Positions 10,442-21,087 of a DNA stretch of 64,000 bases are shown here, one piece after another. The translations under genes were made by a program, and so were the position numbers. The notes under the pieces are model-generated. The model ran no database searches. It was not told the DNA's origin and saw nothing but the letters and a program-made list of their open reading frames with translations. Within the stretch, counting starts at the first letter, position 1. Every line of letters begins with the position of its first letter. Origin of the DNA: Trichodelitschia bisporula (taxonomy: Eukaryota); the NCBI GenBank assembly GCA_010356995.1, contig ML996705.1:632539-696538 (forward strand). The letters run 5' to 3'.

Positions 10442-11804
10442 CTACATGATAATCTCATTGCTCACATCCTTCTTGAGCTCCTTGTACGGAAGACAAATGC
10501 AATTCTGAACACGCACCTCATCAGCAACCCCACACTCCTTGCCCAGAATCGTGATACTCTGCACCTTGACCCCATTCCGCACAACAGTAGTACTGTGTGT
10601 CGTGACGGGCGTCGGCGTGCCCTCCACACGGGCCCAAGCCCCCACCTTGCTGCCCCACCCAATGATCGAGTACAGGACGCAGGCGTCGTGCTTGATCTCC
10701 GCGTCCTCGAGCACAATGGCCTCCTTAATGCGCACGCCGGGGCCGATGTTCACGCGTGGGCCGATGCTGACGTTCGGGCCCAGCTTAGCGGTGGGGTCGA
10801 CGGTGGCCGACGGGTGAATGTAGACGGGCGGGAGGATGGTGGCGGACGGCTTGGCCAGCTCTTCGGACTGCGACTGGAAGGCCTTGGTCAGATACAGAGC
10901 GTTGGCGGGCACGGCGGAACCGGCCGTCTTGATCTGCCGCCAGAAGTCCTTGGTCTCGAGCACGAAGAACTGTCGGCTGTCGGCGAGGTCGGAGAGGATA
11001 TCCTGCTCGAGGCGGATCACCTCGTTCTTCTCCCCGTCCTCTTCGTCTGCAAAGAACGAGGTCTCGAGGTTCTCGGACGAGGGGTAGGAGACGAGGCGCG
11101 GACGGTCGGTACGGCGCTTGATGGCGGTGCGGATGGCGGGGAAGATGCACTCGGTGTCGAAGAGGTAGACGCCGCAGTTGATGAGGTTAGAGATGCGCGA
11201 CTCGGGCTTCTCCACGTAGTGCAACACACGCTTGGTGTGCGAGTCCGTGACAATGCAGCCAAAGTTCGTAGCCACGTCTTCCGGCACGCGTGTCCCCAAA
11301 ATCACAGCCTCGGCATTCTTCTCCTCGAACAGACGCAGCATCTGGCCAAGCGGAAAGCTACAGCACACGTCGGCGTTGAGCACGAAGATGCGGTCGGGCC
11401 GACCCTTCATGATGGCATCGCGGAAGTGGTACAGGCCACCCGCCGTGCCCAGCGCCTGGTACTCGCGCAGGTACTTGACGGCGATACCGGGGAAGGTGTG
11501 GCTGGCGTCCTTGATGAAGTCGCGGAACACTGACTCATCGTAGTAGCCGATGATGAACACTTCGCGGATCTCCGGCAGCTTGGCGATGGCGCGGAAGCAG
11601 TGCTCGACGATTGGGTGACCGGCCACCTCGAAGAGGGGCTTGGGCACATCGAGGGAGAGAGGACGGAAGCGGGTGCCGCGGGAGGGGCCGCCGACCTGGT
11701 GTTTGTTAGAGTTCGCCGATGAGGTGGGGGAGACTGCATACCAGGATGATGGCCTTGGTCGAGGACGGGCCAGGTTTCTGGCGCAGGGGAACGTCCAGAG
11801 ACAT
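10442..11804 (-). CDS. GMPPA: Mannose-1-phosphate guanylyltransferase alpha-type subunit (GMPPA/PSA2-like)
   Basis: Exon 1 MSLDVPLRQKPGPSSTKAIIL, intron 11741..11696, then VGGPSRGTRFRPLSLDVPKPLF. Also LGTAGGLYHFRD, HYVEKP and a C-terminal hexapeptide beta-helix. Confidence 0.93.
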
Positions 11805-12775
11805 TGTGGACGTGTTGGCGGTTATTCTGTCAGTTGCGGTGGCGAGGCGGTAGATGGAGGGAGTGGAGCTGGAGCAGCTTGTCTGATCGTGAATATATAG
11901 ACGACAAGCAAAAGTATCGATATATGACGTTCACGAGGCGATCCGGAAGGCAACGTGGAAGAAGGCAACGTGGAAGAAAGCACCTCGAGTGGTGATAACG
12001 AAGAGAGAACAGGAAATTTGAGCGTGTATAGTGGAAGAAGACACGATGGACCTGTGCTGGCGGTGAAGTGAAATGGTGGGGAAAAGAGCCAAGGGGTGGA
12101 TGTGGGGGAAGCTCGTGTCTGCTGGCCAATCACGGCACTGCCCAGGCAAGCGTGCAGTTGCACGACGACACATGCGATGACAGGGGAAGAAACCGCCTGC
12201 TCAACTTCATCTCCGCATCGCCAACAACATCCTCATTGCATCTTAGCTGCATCCTCACATTTGTAGTAAGGCACTTCATCTCCAGAGCAGTCTCAAGTGT
12301 TACCATCTCCGCATTTGCGATAGCCGCAGCTGACCCAATTCGTATCATCGTACCCCCCGTACCCGCATGCGTGTGACATCACAATCTCTGGTGTTCGCCA
12401 GACCGAAATGCATTCGGAGCGTCGTAATCTAGCAATCGTCTCTCCGCCATGCTTCCATGAGCGGTTTGAAGCGCCTGGTTGCATCTACGCCGCTAATGAG
12501 TCATTGCCTGGGGCGATAACGACATACCGCGGGGCTTTGTCGCTATTCTGTTAACCTTTACGGCGCTCTGGTTGTGCTTCGTGGCTTTGAGAGCTGTCTG
12601 CCTCTGATATCCCATCCTGCCTAACAGCTGCTCGTAAACTCCTACACTGCCCATCTTGCTCACCATGCTTACCCCGCATCGGGATCCGTATTCAGGCTCG
12701 TCGTTCAGTGGACAATTCCACGCCGTCTGTTCAGTCATGGAAAGCTCCCCTTCATAGCCTTGATGAGAGCCGTTC

Positions 12776-12892
12776 CCCCTTCATCCCTTTCATCCCTTTC
12801 ATCCCTTTCATCCCTTTCATCCCTTTCATCCCTTTCATCCCATCCATCTCCATCATCTCATCCATCTCCTTCATCCTATCCATCCCCTTCAT
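12776..12892. repeat. 9-nt minisatellite (CCCTTTCAT)n: six perfect units plus degenerate units
   Basis: Perfect units at 12785..12838, then cccatccat/ctccatcat/ctcatccat/ctccttcat/cctatccat/ccccttcat. Confidence 0.9.
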
Positions 12893-13058
12893 CACTTTTT
12901 GTTCTAATCGTCTCGTCCAGAGCTTTCTCCATGCCCCGTGCCACATCTTCCGTCGCAGGTGATAACATCGCCGACGAAGACTTCCTTTTTGTGAACGAAC
13001 ACACATCACCCCGCCCGCCCACGTCGCCAAGCTCCTCACCCTCTCCAAGCATCTAACA

Positions 13059-15617
13059 ATGTCCGACGGCAATCCCGCTACTCCTGACTCCGGGGAGACT
13101 GTCGAAGAAAGCCTGGACGTCGTTGGCTCCGGCGTCAAGGTCCTTCTTCACGCCATCAATGATTTGGAGCGTCATGGTATCGATGCCTCGATTCCGCTGC
13201 CCACGATCATCGTCGTCGGCGACCAGAGTGCAGGAAAGTTGTCGCTCATCGAAGCGATCAGTGAGATCAAAGTCCGCGCGACTCGGGCACCTGCACGAGA
13301 GTAAGCCCTTCCGCCCCTTGTACTGTAGCCCCCGCTGACCAGCAGTGCCCACTGCAAATAAACCTCCTGGCCAACGATGACCCCACGTCTTCCCTCTGGA
13401 CGTGCACCGTGTCTCTGATTGCCAAGTACGATTACTATGGCGGCGTCCTGGTGGCGGCTTCGAGGAGGACGGCGATCACCCGCTGTTTCCCTGGGTCGAG
13501 AGGGAGAACCAGACCGTGAGAAACTTTGCCACCATTTTCGACAAGGCCAAGCTCGAGGATGTCATCCGGCTGGCTCAGAGTGCCACGCTGAACCCGCAGG
13601 ACGATCCACGGCTGTATGATCCGAAAGGCTTTACAAAGCACAGCAAGCTGCCCCTCAATACCGTGCAGTTCTCGCCAAATTTGATTTCACTGCAGATCGT
13701 TGCACCAGGCTTGCCCAACCTCTCCCTATACGATCTCCCTGGTGTCATCAGCCAAATTCCGCATGGTGAGATGGATTATGTCCAGCTCGTCGAGAACCTT
13801 GTGACCGAATATGTCCGCCAGGACAACAGCCTGGTGTTGCTCACTGTCCCCATGAAGTCGGACATTGAGAATTCCAAGGCTTCTTACATCTTGAACAAAA
13901 TCCGCGCCAACGACCGTTGCATCGGTGTCTTGACCAAGCCGAATCGCCTCCCGCATGACGCCCGTGCCGACGTCTGGGCCCGCGTCCTGCAAGGGAAGGA
14001 ATTTGTCAAGAAGCACGGTTACTACGCCGTAAAACAGCCAACGCAGGCAGAACTCGAGCGTGGGATCAGCCACGCCGAAGCGCGGGATCTGGAGATGAAG
14101 TTTTTTGAGAGTCCGCAGTGGACTTCGTGCTTCCGTGGTGCTGGGGACCGCGTGGGTACGGGTAAGCTGCAGATGGTACTGTCGGAGAAGCTGGCTCAGT
14201 TGATCCTGAACAGGTATGTACATGGTCCGTTCACCATGACTTATGCTAACGATGCCAGTCTCCCTGGAGTCACGGAGAAGGTGCAATCCAAGCTGGGGGC
14301 CATCGAGGCCGAGCTCGCTCACCTCCCTGACCCACCGCCCAACGCTGTCGGCGAAGTCCATGACACTCTCCGTGTCTTTTGTGACCACATCACCGAGTGC
14401 CTCGATGGCAGTCACCAACCCAACGAGCTGTGGAGCACGTGGAAGAGTATCAAGAAGGACTTCGCCAACGGCATAACGGCACTGACTCCCGCGTTGCTTG
14501 TCAACACTGCCACGGCGGTCATGGGCCCTCCATCCTCCGTGACCAGTACGCCGCGCCGCAACCGCACCGTCGTCGTCAGGCGCGATGTTGAACCAATCAA
14601 CCTCCTGTTCGACAGCGAGATGAGCGCCCCATCGCCAGCGAAGAGGCGAGGGCAGGGGCCCGGGGGAGGAAACGCGGACAAATCGACCAAAGGTAAGGCA
14701 GCGTGACCTAAGTATCCTCGCCCTGCTAACTGTCGCAGAATACCGTCGTCGCTTCCCGCTCACCGAAATCAAAGACGTACTCGACAGCTACTGTGCCTCC
14801 GGCCTGCCGAACCAAGTCGAGCCCAAGGCTAAGGATGCGCTCATCCTCTCCACCCTGCAGGGCTGGCCCGAGCCGACGGACCTGCTCGTCGCCGCCGTCC
14901 ACGCCGCGCTGGAAAAGATGGTCCTTTCGGCGCTCAAGAAGGCCGCGGGCGAGTGGAACACGACACAGCTGTACCGGGAACTGCGCCGCCTGATGCGTGA
15001 CGAGTTCCTCCCCCAGCAAGTGCGGCTGCGGCTTGCCCACGCTGCGCGCCGCATGCTCCATCTCGAACAATGCAAGCCGATCACCGAGGACGAGGCCGGC
15101 ATGAGTCGGGCGCAGGACGAGGCGCGGTACAAGGCGTACTTTGACGACACGAGCGCGAAGACGGGGAAGGTGATTAGTGAGGAGGAGCGGAATAGGCTGC
15201 GGCAAAAGGACCAGAAGCTGCATGAGCTGCTTGAGCCTGATGAGTATGCCCGTGAGGTTGATGTCATGGCTGAAATTCGCGGTTACTATGTGCTGGCGGC
15301 GACGCGGTTTGTGGAGAATTTTCGCCAGGCGGTGGAGGCGGATTTGTTTGTTGAGTTGAGTAAGGGGTTGTTGAATGAGTTGCGGACTGGGTTGAGGCTT
15401 GATGAGCCTGATTGTAAGTTTCAGTCTACGTGCCGGAAATGGGAGGATACTGACAAGGTTAGACTATGAGCACTGCCAGAAGCTGTTCGAGGACGATCCT
15501 GCGCGGGCCGACCGCCGCCGCTCGCTTAAGGACCAGAAGACGAGGCTTGAGCAGGCAAATGCCCGGCTGCAGGAGCTGAATGAGCGGTTGAACGGGCATT
15601 CGGGCGCGTGGGAGTAG
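13059..15617 (+). pseudogene. Mx-like dynamin-family GTPase, disrupted (two frameshifts, mutated G1 and G4)
   Basis: G1 reads VVGDQSAGKLS (expected GKSS). KV(P)RDSGTCTR needs a 1-nt shift near 13274, and a second shift lies near 13440. G3 LYDLPG is intact; G4 is TKPN (expected TKPD). Introns 13301..13345, 14214..14258, 14693..14738, 15414..15462. GED-like VMAEIRGYYVLAATRFVE. Confidence 0.85.
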
Positions 15618-16400
15618 CATGGGATAGAGGGGGTGGTGCTTCATGATGTCACGGCCGGTTGGATGATGTGGAGATGCTTGGCTCTTTTGGCCCAATTTGG
15701 CAACTGTCTGCTGTGATTTTGGCTTTTGAATCTTGAGAGTACCTTTTGCCTCCTCGCTTGTCTGCGTTCATCTTCCTCGGTTTAGCTGCCTCATTCCAAA
15801 TACTGACGCGTTAATCGCAAGCTTTGTCCATTGCGGAAGCTAAGCGGGCCGTGACGAGCTGCTCATTGCCACCCATCCATCACGAAGTCGAATGCCATTC
15901 CGATATCGAGATCTGGCACTGCAACCTGGGAACACAACGTACTTTACATGAATCCGACATCCAGGAACGCACTCTTTCATTGGCAATCGAAGCGATGTTG
16001 TTCACACCCTCCCATACTCACTCATCTCCACACCCTACTCCCCTTCATACGTCAGTCCGAAATTCGGCATGTGCGATTGGACGGTACTATACTATTGCCA
16101 CAGTCGTCAATTTAACCACCCGGGTCTAGAATCCCATGCCCCTGCGCAAGGCTGGGCACCGGCGTGGGATATATTAACCCCCCCTCGCAACCCGCGCGCT
16201 CGACCCGGAAAGCAGACATGATCAGCGCGGTCCAGGGGCGGCATCGATTCCGCAATGGCGAGGCCGCGCGCCTGGTGGGCGGCGTTGCCACTGGGTGGGT
16301 GGGTATATCTTGGGGGCTAAGTTAGGCTGTGGGATGGCCATCTTAGCGCACAGCTGTCTGCAGCACGAACCACACTTTGACATCTCAGATCTCAGCTCCA

Positions 16401-17366
16401 ATGCTTTCATCATTACTAGTGTTTCCACTGCTAGCCTCAGCGGCAGTCTGGCAACCCCCCGTGGGCGCCAAATTCCAAATCATCCTGCGCAACAGCATAA
16501 TCGACGCCTCTTCCCCCCTCGCTCCCTCCAACATCGACGTCCTCGACCTCGATCTCTTCGACACGCCCAAGTCACTCATCACAAAGCTCCACGGGCAGGG
16601 CAAGCGCGTGGTGTGCTATTTCAGCGCTGGGGGGGCGGAGACGTGGAGGCCGGATTATGGCAGGTTGAATGCTAGTGTGCTGGGGGATGAGATACGCGGG
16701 TGGAGGGGGGAGAGGTGGTTGGATATTAGGAGTGAGGGGGTTTGGGAGGTTATGAGGGGGAGGGTGGGGATGGCGGCGGAGAAGGGGTGTGATGGGGTTG
16801 ATCCGGATAATATTGGTATGTGCTCTCCGCTCTGTTGGGGATATGGGGGGGCTAACGGCGGGCTAGATGCGTTCGGCGACGAGGCCCGAAGGGGAGGCGG
16901 CTTCGGCCTGACCAAGCAGGACAGCATCGCGTTCGTCAAGCGCCTAGCCGCGGAAGCGCACAGGCTGGACCTGGCAATCGGACTCAAGAACGCAGAGGCT
17001 ATACTCCCTTCCGTGCGGGGGGACGTGCAATTTGCCGTCAACGAGGAGTGCGCCACATACGGGTGCTCAGCATACGAATCCTTTGTCAAGGAGAAGCCAG
17101 TATTCCACATCGAGTATGCTTCACACACAGTCAACGGCACGGATGTGAACCTGAAGAGTGAGAACGGGGAATTGGAGACGCTGCCGACGCAGGATCTTGC
17201 GGAGTTGTATTGCTTGCAGAGTCGGAGGGGGCGGGTGAGGATGATGAGTAAGGAAGCAGCGCAGAGGATTAGTACGGTGATTAAGAATATGGATTTGGGG
17301 GGGTGGGTTATGTATTGTGATGGGAGTTGGGGGGTGACGAAGACAAGGGGGGGTGGGAGGGGGTAG
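16401..17366 (+). CDS. Secreted GH114 endo-alpha-1,4-polygalactosaminidase (Ega3-like)
   Basis: Signal peptide MLSSLLVFPLLASA. WQPPVGAKFQI, CYFSAG, ERWLDIR, GCDGVDPDNID across in-frame intron 16816..16866, LKNA, AVNEEC, KPVFHIEY. Confidence 0.9.
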   Translation: MLSSLLVFPLLASAAVWQPPVGAKFQIILRNSIIDASSPLAPSNIDVLDLDLFDTPKSLITKLHGQGKRVVCYFSAGGAETWRPDYGRLNASVLGDEIRGWRGERWLDIRSEGVWEVMRGRVGMAAEKGCDGVDPDNIGMCSPLCWGYGGANGGLDAFGDEARRGGGFGLTKQDSIAFVKRLAAEAHRLDLAIGLKNAEAILPSVRGDVQFAVNEECATYGCSAYESFVKEKPVFHIEYASHTVNGTDVNLKSENGELETLPTQDLAELYCLQSRRGRVRMMSKEAAQRISTVIKNMDLGGWVMYCDGSWGVTKTRGGGRG

Positions 17367-17815
17367 GACGCTCATGCCTTTGGATTTTAGAGATCGTGTT
17401 ATACCCATGAGTTCTGTGTATTCGAAGAGACTGGAATTGTTCAAGAACGCGTAGACTTTTGGACAGATGTTGTATGCTTCGCAATAGCCGTATCAGTTGA
17501 AGATGAACAGCCGCCGCTTTGGAATCGGCACAGCCTGAGATGCCGTTTGAGCGAGGAGGCAGTTAAGACTTGCCGGGCACAAGGCTGAATGCCTGGGCCA
17601 CACCCGGAGCTGGACTAAACACTGCGACTCGGGCAGTCTGGGCTCTCGCTCGACAGTTGCTTAACTGATACGGCGGCCGGAACTGGAGCTAAGGAATCAC
17701 AGCATTGGATGCCTCAAGCCGAATGGTCAGATATCATCGCTCCTCTACTCCAATACAAATACAATGTCCATTACTCCCCCTTCCCCGAGCTGTCCCCTTA
17801 CATCCTCATCAAGAC

Positions 17816-18366
17816 CTAACCCTCAACGCAGTAATAATACCCAACCAGCAACTGGTCACACTTCCCCCCCAAGCCGGGATTAAGCGCATAAAACGCATCC
17901 AGACTAATCCTATTCGCAGCCGCAATATTGAAGCACCCATCCCCCGCCTGCACAAGGTAATACTTCTTACAACTTGCCGGAATGCCGGGGAGCTGCGGCT
18001 GCGGGCCGACGGGCACGGGCGGCGTGTACCCGGGCACACCAATGCAGACGACATGATCGGGGACGAGGAAGCAGTTGGCGTTGAGTTGGGGGTTCCACGA
18101 CTCGAAGACGTCGAGTGGGATGCCCCGGTCGTGCGAGATTTGCCAGCAGCTGTCGCCGCGGACGACGGTGTAGAAGGCGTTGCCTAAGGGTGTTAGATGA
18201 GTATTTGAGCTTGGGGGATTGGAGGCGTACAGGTTGGGATGGCGCCGGGGGCGGAGGTGGGACCGGGGGTGAGAGAGGTTGTGTTCGTGGCTTGACGAGG
18301 CTGGATGTTGAGGGCGCATGCTGAGCCCAGGATGGCCAGCAGGGAGATTAGGGCTGAGGAGAGCAT
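17816..18366 (-). CDS. Small secreted protein with two Cys-flanked LysM domains
   Basis: Signal peptide MLSSALISLLAILGSACA and intron 18230..18184. Domains CNAFYTVVRGDSCWQI..FESWNPQL and CKKYYLVQAGDGCFNIA..FYALNPGL..YYCV. Confidence 0.9.
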
Positions 18367-19066
18367 TTCTGTGAATGAGGAGGTTCGAAAATGGGATTTG
18401 GGGGTTGTTGGTTCGGAGTGTATGCTTGAGGTGTCTGGAGAACTGGACATGCGGGATGAAATTCTTCAGCCTCGCGGGCTCGAGGATATTTGTACCCCGT
18501 CCCGCAAAGCGAGCTCATCGCAGCTTCAATATCAAAGTGAATTTCTGGAAAGCAGGGAGAGTGCGAAGGATTCGTATAGGATCGGCAATTAATCTACAAA
18601 TAGTACTCATTTGGGGTCAATATCGCCGCGAAGGGTAACGTACCTGGATTTTACCGGGAAGACCCTATCGATTTGCGCATGGATCGCGGAGGTCACGCCC
18701 AGTCTGGCAGCTCGATTTAGTTTGCTGGACGGTGGGAGGGCGGATACGCGATGATCTCCGGTTGGGAGCTAATTCTAGAAGAATGAGGCTAAGAATATGG
18801 TCTCTAGCTTCGGACCAGTGTCTGCGTCATTCGTATACCGGTACAGACGGCAACGAACGTCAGTATGTTCTCAAAGGATTAACGGGCATTCTGCGTCGCT
18901 CCTTAGCCTCGGATATCCTACTAATGTCAGTGTCTACAGCACTGAAGACTACCTCATCATCTCCAGTTCAGCTGAATCTCCGGTCGGCGGGCCCGAAATG
19001 AGGAAAGTTAAGTTGCTTCCCGCGCTCGTATTGAGTCTGCCGCTCGGTAAGGCCGCGGCCTTTTAA

Positions 19067-19375
19067 CTACACCGTCATCCTAAGGTCCTTGAACATAGTG
19101 CAAGCTCGGTGAATCTCATGAACACTGACAAGAGGACAAGAGATCAGCGCCGCTTCGTACGCGAGCTCCCACATTGCCAGATCACGATCGAAGGCTTCAC
19201 GGAATCTCGAATCCATTGGGATGCTTGCCGTGAAACCCGTCCCTAGCTTTGTAATCGCTTTGATGTCCTCCGAGGTCACCGACGGGTAATGTCATCGAGT
19301 CTATGCTCCGTAGTCATCGATTCATTTCAAAATCACCTAGTTACCCAATTTCCGCTCGGTGTCATCGGACTCTTA
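19067..19375 (-). pseudogene. Short stop-riddled coding relic of unknown family
   Basis: One frame reads *ESDDTERKLGN*VILK*IDDYGA*TR*HYPSVTSEDIKAITKLG..FREAFDRDLAMWELAYEAAL. Confidence 0.25.
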
Positions 19376-19594
19376 AGTAGACATGATAGCAGGAAGAATA
19401 CAGAGGTGAAGCAATCCTGCGGGCTGTCTCTCGTTGTCACATTTGCCTTCGGCACCTCAGCCGTAGACGCGCCTCCGCCAGCCGCGCCAAGCGCTCAAAC
19501 TAGCAAATTAAGCGGGGCGCGCCGCCGGCGTCAACACAACGCGTTAAACTCAACACCGGAGCCTTGCGCCCTCCGACACAACCTCAGCCTTGCC

Positions 19595-20971
19595 ATGCTG
19601 CTCTTTCGTTCGCGGCCTTTCATCCTCACTACCCTACGCTTCAACCATCTCATCCGCCTCCGCATCCATCGCCATCTTTCGGCGGCCCACTATCCCTCCC
19701 TCCAAACGATATCGATACCCACGCGCACCCCCGCCGGGCCCCTCACAGCAATGTACGCCGCAACCCCTCTCTCAAACCCTAACCCTAACATCAACAGCAT
19801 CCACCCCGCCCCCTCCGCCTCCCCCCCTCCCCACCCCCTAATACTCTACATCTCCTCCCCAGCCGACCCCTTCCTCCCCCCTCTCCCCACCATAATACCA
19901 ACCCTCCTCTCCCTCTCCGCAAACTCAACCGTCATAAACCTCCTCCTCCCCACCCCGAACCACCCACACGCCACCCACGCAACCCTAGCAGCCTGGGACT
20001 TCCTCTCACCCCGCAACAGCCGGCCCATCGGCCTCGCTGGCTGCCTAACAGGCGGGTCCCTTGCCGCCGCGCTCGCCCTGACGGAAGCCCGCCCCGGGTC
20101 CAGCGGGATCCGCGCCGTGGCCCTCAGCTCCCCGGTCACAGACTGGCTCTTCCCCGAACTCCCGGCGCCAGGGAACTGGGCCACGCTCTCCGGCCCCACA
20201 TTCCGGCCCGCCACCGCTCCTCCACCCCGCTCTATTCCAAAAGGTCAATCCTACGCCTCCTTCGCCGCCTCACTCCTCGCCCGCCCTTCCGCCCAGAAGC
20301 AGAGCCGCGCAAAAGAACCCCCGCTCACGTCTTGGGACGCCCACGCGACCGGCACTCTCTCACCTTCAGCACTACACGCCCTGCGCCGCACCCTCTTCGC
20401 CCGCCCCAGCGGGGCCTTCGACCCCTTCGCCAGTCCCGTGCACTTCCTCCGCAGCGAAGGCGCCGTCCCAGCACCGGGGTGGGGATGGGATCCGCGCGCG
20501 CCGCCCGGGCCACCTCCCTCCTCTTCCATCGGGAACTTCGCAGAAGACTGGGACGCTGAGCTCCCGCCGACCGTGGAGTGGGAGACCGAGGGCGTGGAAG
20601 TAGAGGTAGATGTTCCGGCGCGGCGGCGGGTGCCCCGCACATGGCCGCCGCCGGGGAGTGGGGTGTGTGTTCCGCGTTTTAGGGTGAGTACGGGGGCGAA
20701 TGTGCTCCGGGATTCGAATGTGGAGTTTGTGGGGTTGGTGAGGAGGGCGTTTGCGGGGACGGAGGTGGGGAGGACGGAGGCGGAGAGGGAGGCGGGGAGG
20801 ATGGAGGGGGATGGAGGGGATGATGAGGGATGGCGCCGGGCTGTGGCGAAAGCGGCGGAGGAGTGGGTGCGTCTTGAGGAGGAGGGGAGTGGGATATGGG
20901 GTGGGGGAGAGGGGTGGGAAGCTGATGTTGAGAGGGCGGGGAAGTGGTTAGGGGATGTACTACGACGATAA
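19595..20971 (+). CDS. Alpha/beta-hydrolase-fold protein with Arg-rich, mitochondrial-type N-terminus; nucleophile Ser absent
   Basis: HATLAAWDFL, RPIGLAGCLTGGSLAAALALTE, IRAVALSSPVTDW, FDPFASPVHFLR. Likely ATG at 19595. Confidence 0.7.
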   Translation: MLLFRSRPFILTTLRFNHLIRLRIHRHLSAAHYPSLQTISIPTRTPAGPLTAMYAATPLSNPNPNINSIHPAPSASPPPHPLILYISSPADPFLPPLPTIIPTLLSLSANSTVINLLLPTPNHPHATHATLAAWDFLSPRNSRPIGLAGCLTGGSLAAALALTEARPGSSGIRAVALSSPVTDWLFPELPAPGNWATLSGPTFRPATAPPPRSIPKGQSYASFAASLLARPSAQKQSRAKEPPLTSWDAHATGTLSPSALHALRRTLFARPSGAFDPFASPVHFLRSEGAVPAPGWGWDPRAPPGPPPSSSIGNFAEDWDAELPPTVEWETEGVEVEVDVPARRRVPRTWPPPGSGVCVPRFRVSTGANVLRDSNVEFVGLVRRAFAGTEVGRTEAEREAGRMEGDGGDDEGWRRAVAKAAEEWVRLEEEGSGIWGGGEGWEADVERAGKWLGDVLRR

Positions 20972-21087
20972 CATCACGGGCATGAACGAACGCATAAATC
21001 AAGTTATTGAACACGCTGCCTAGCCTACATCACTACCTGTAAACCGCAAAATGATCCGGCCCAAACTCCACACTCCGGGATTACATA

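Noticed and set aside
11946..11975. 15-nt direct repeat GAAGGCAACGTGGAA x2 upstream of GMPPA
   Set aside because: A simple two-copy slippage with no further structure.
12708..13138. ORFs with MKG, FIP or SSL repeats
   Set aside because: By-products of the stop-free 9-nt minisatellite.
19289..19594. 102-codon N-terminal extension of the alpha/beta hydrolase ORF
   Set aside because: It looks like promoter sequence and overlaps a minus-strand relic. ATG 19595 is more plausible.
19774..19789. CCCTAA x2 telomere-like motif
   Set aside because: Only two units inside a C-rich coding stretch (NPNPN); compatible with chance.
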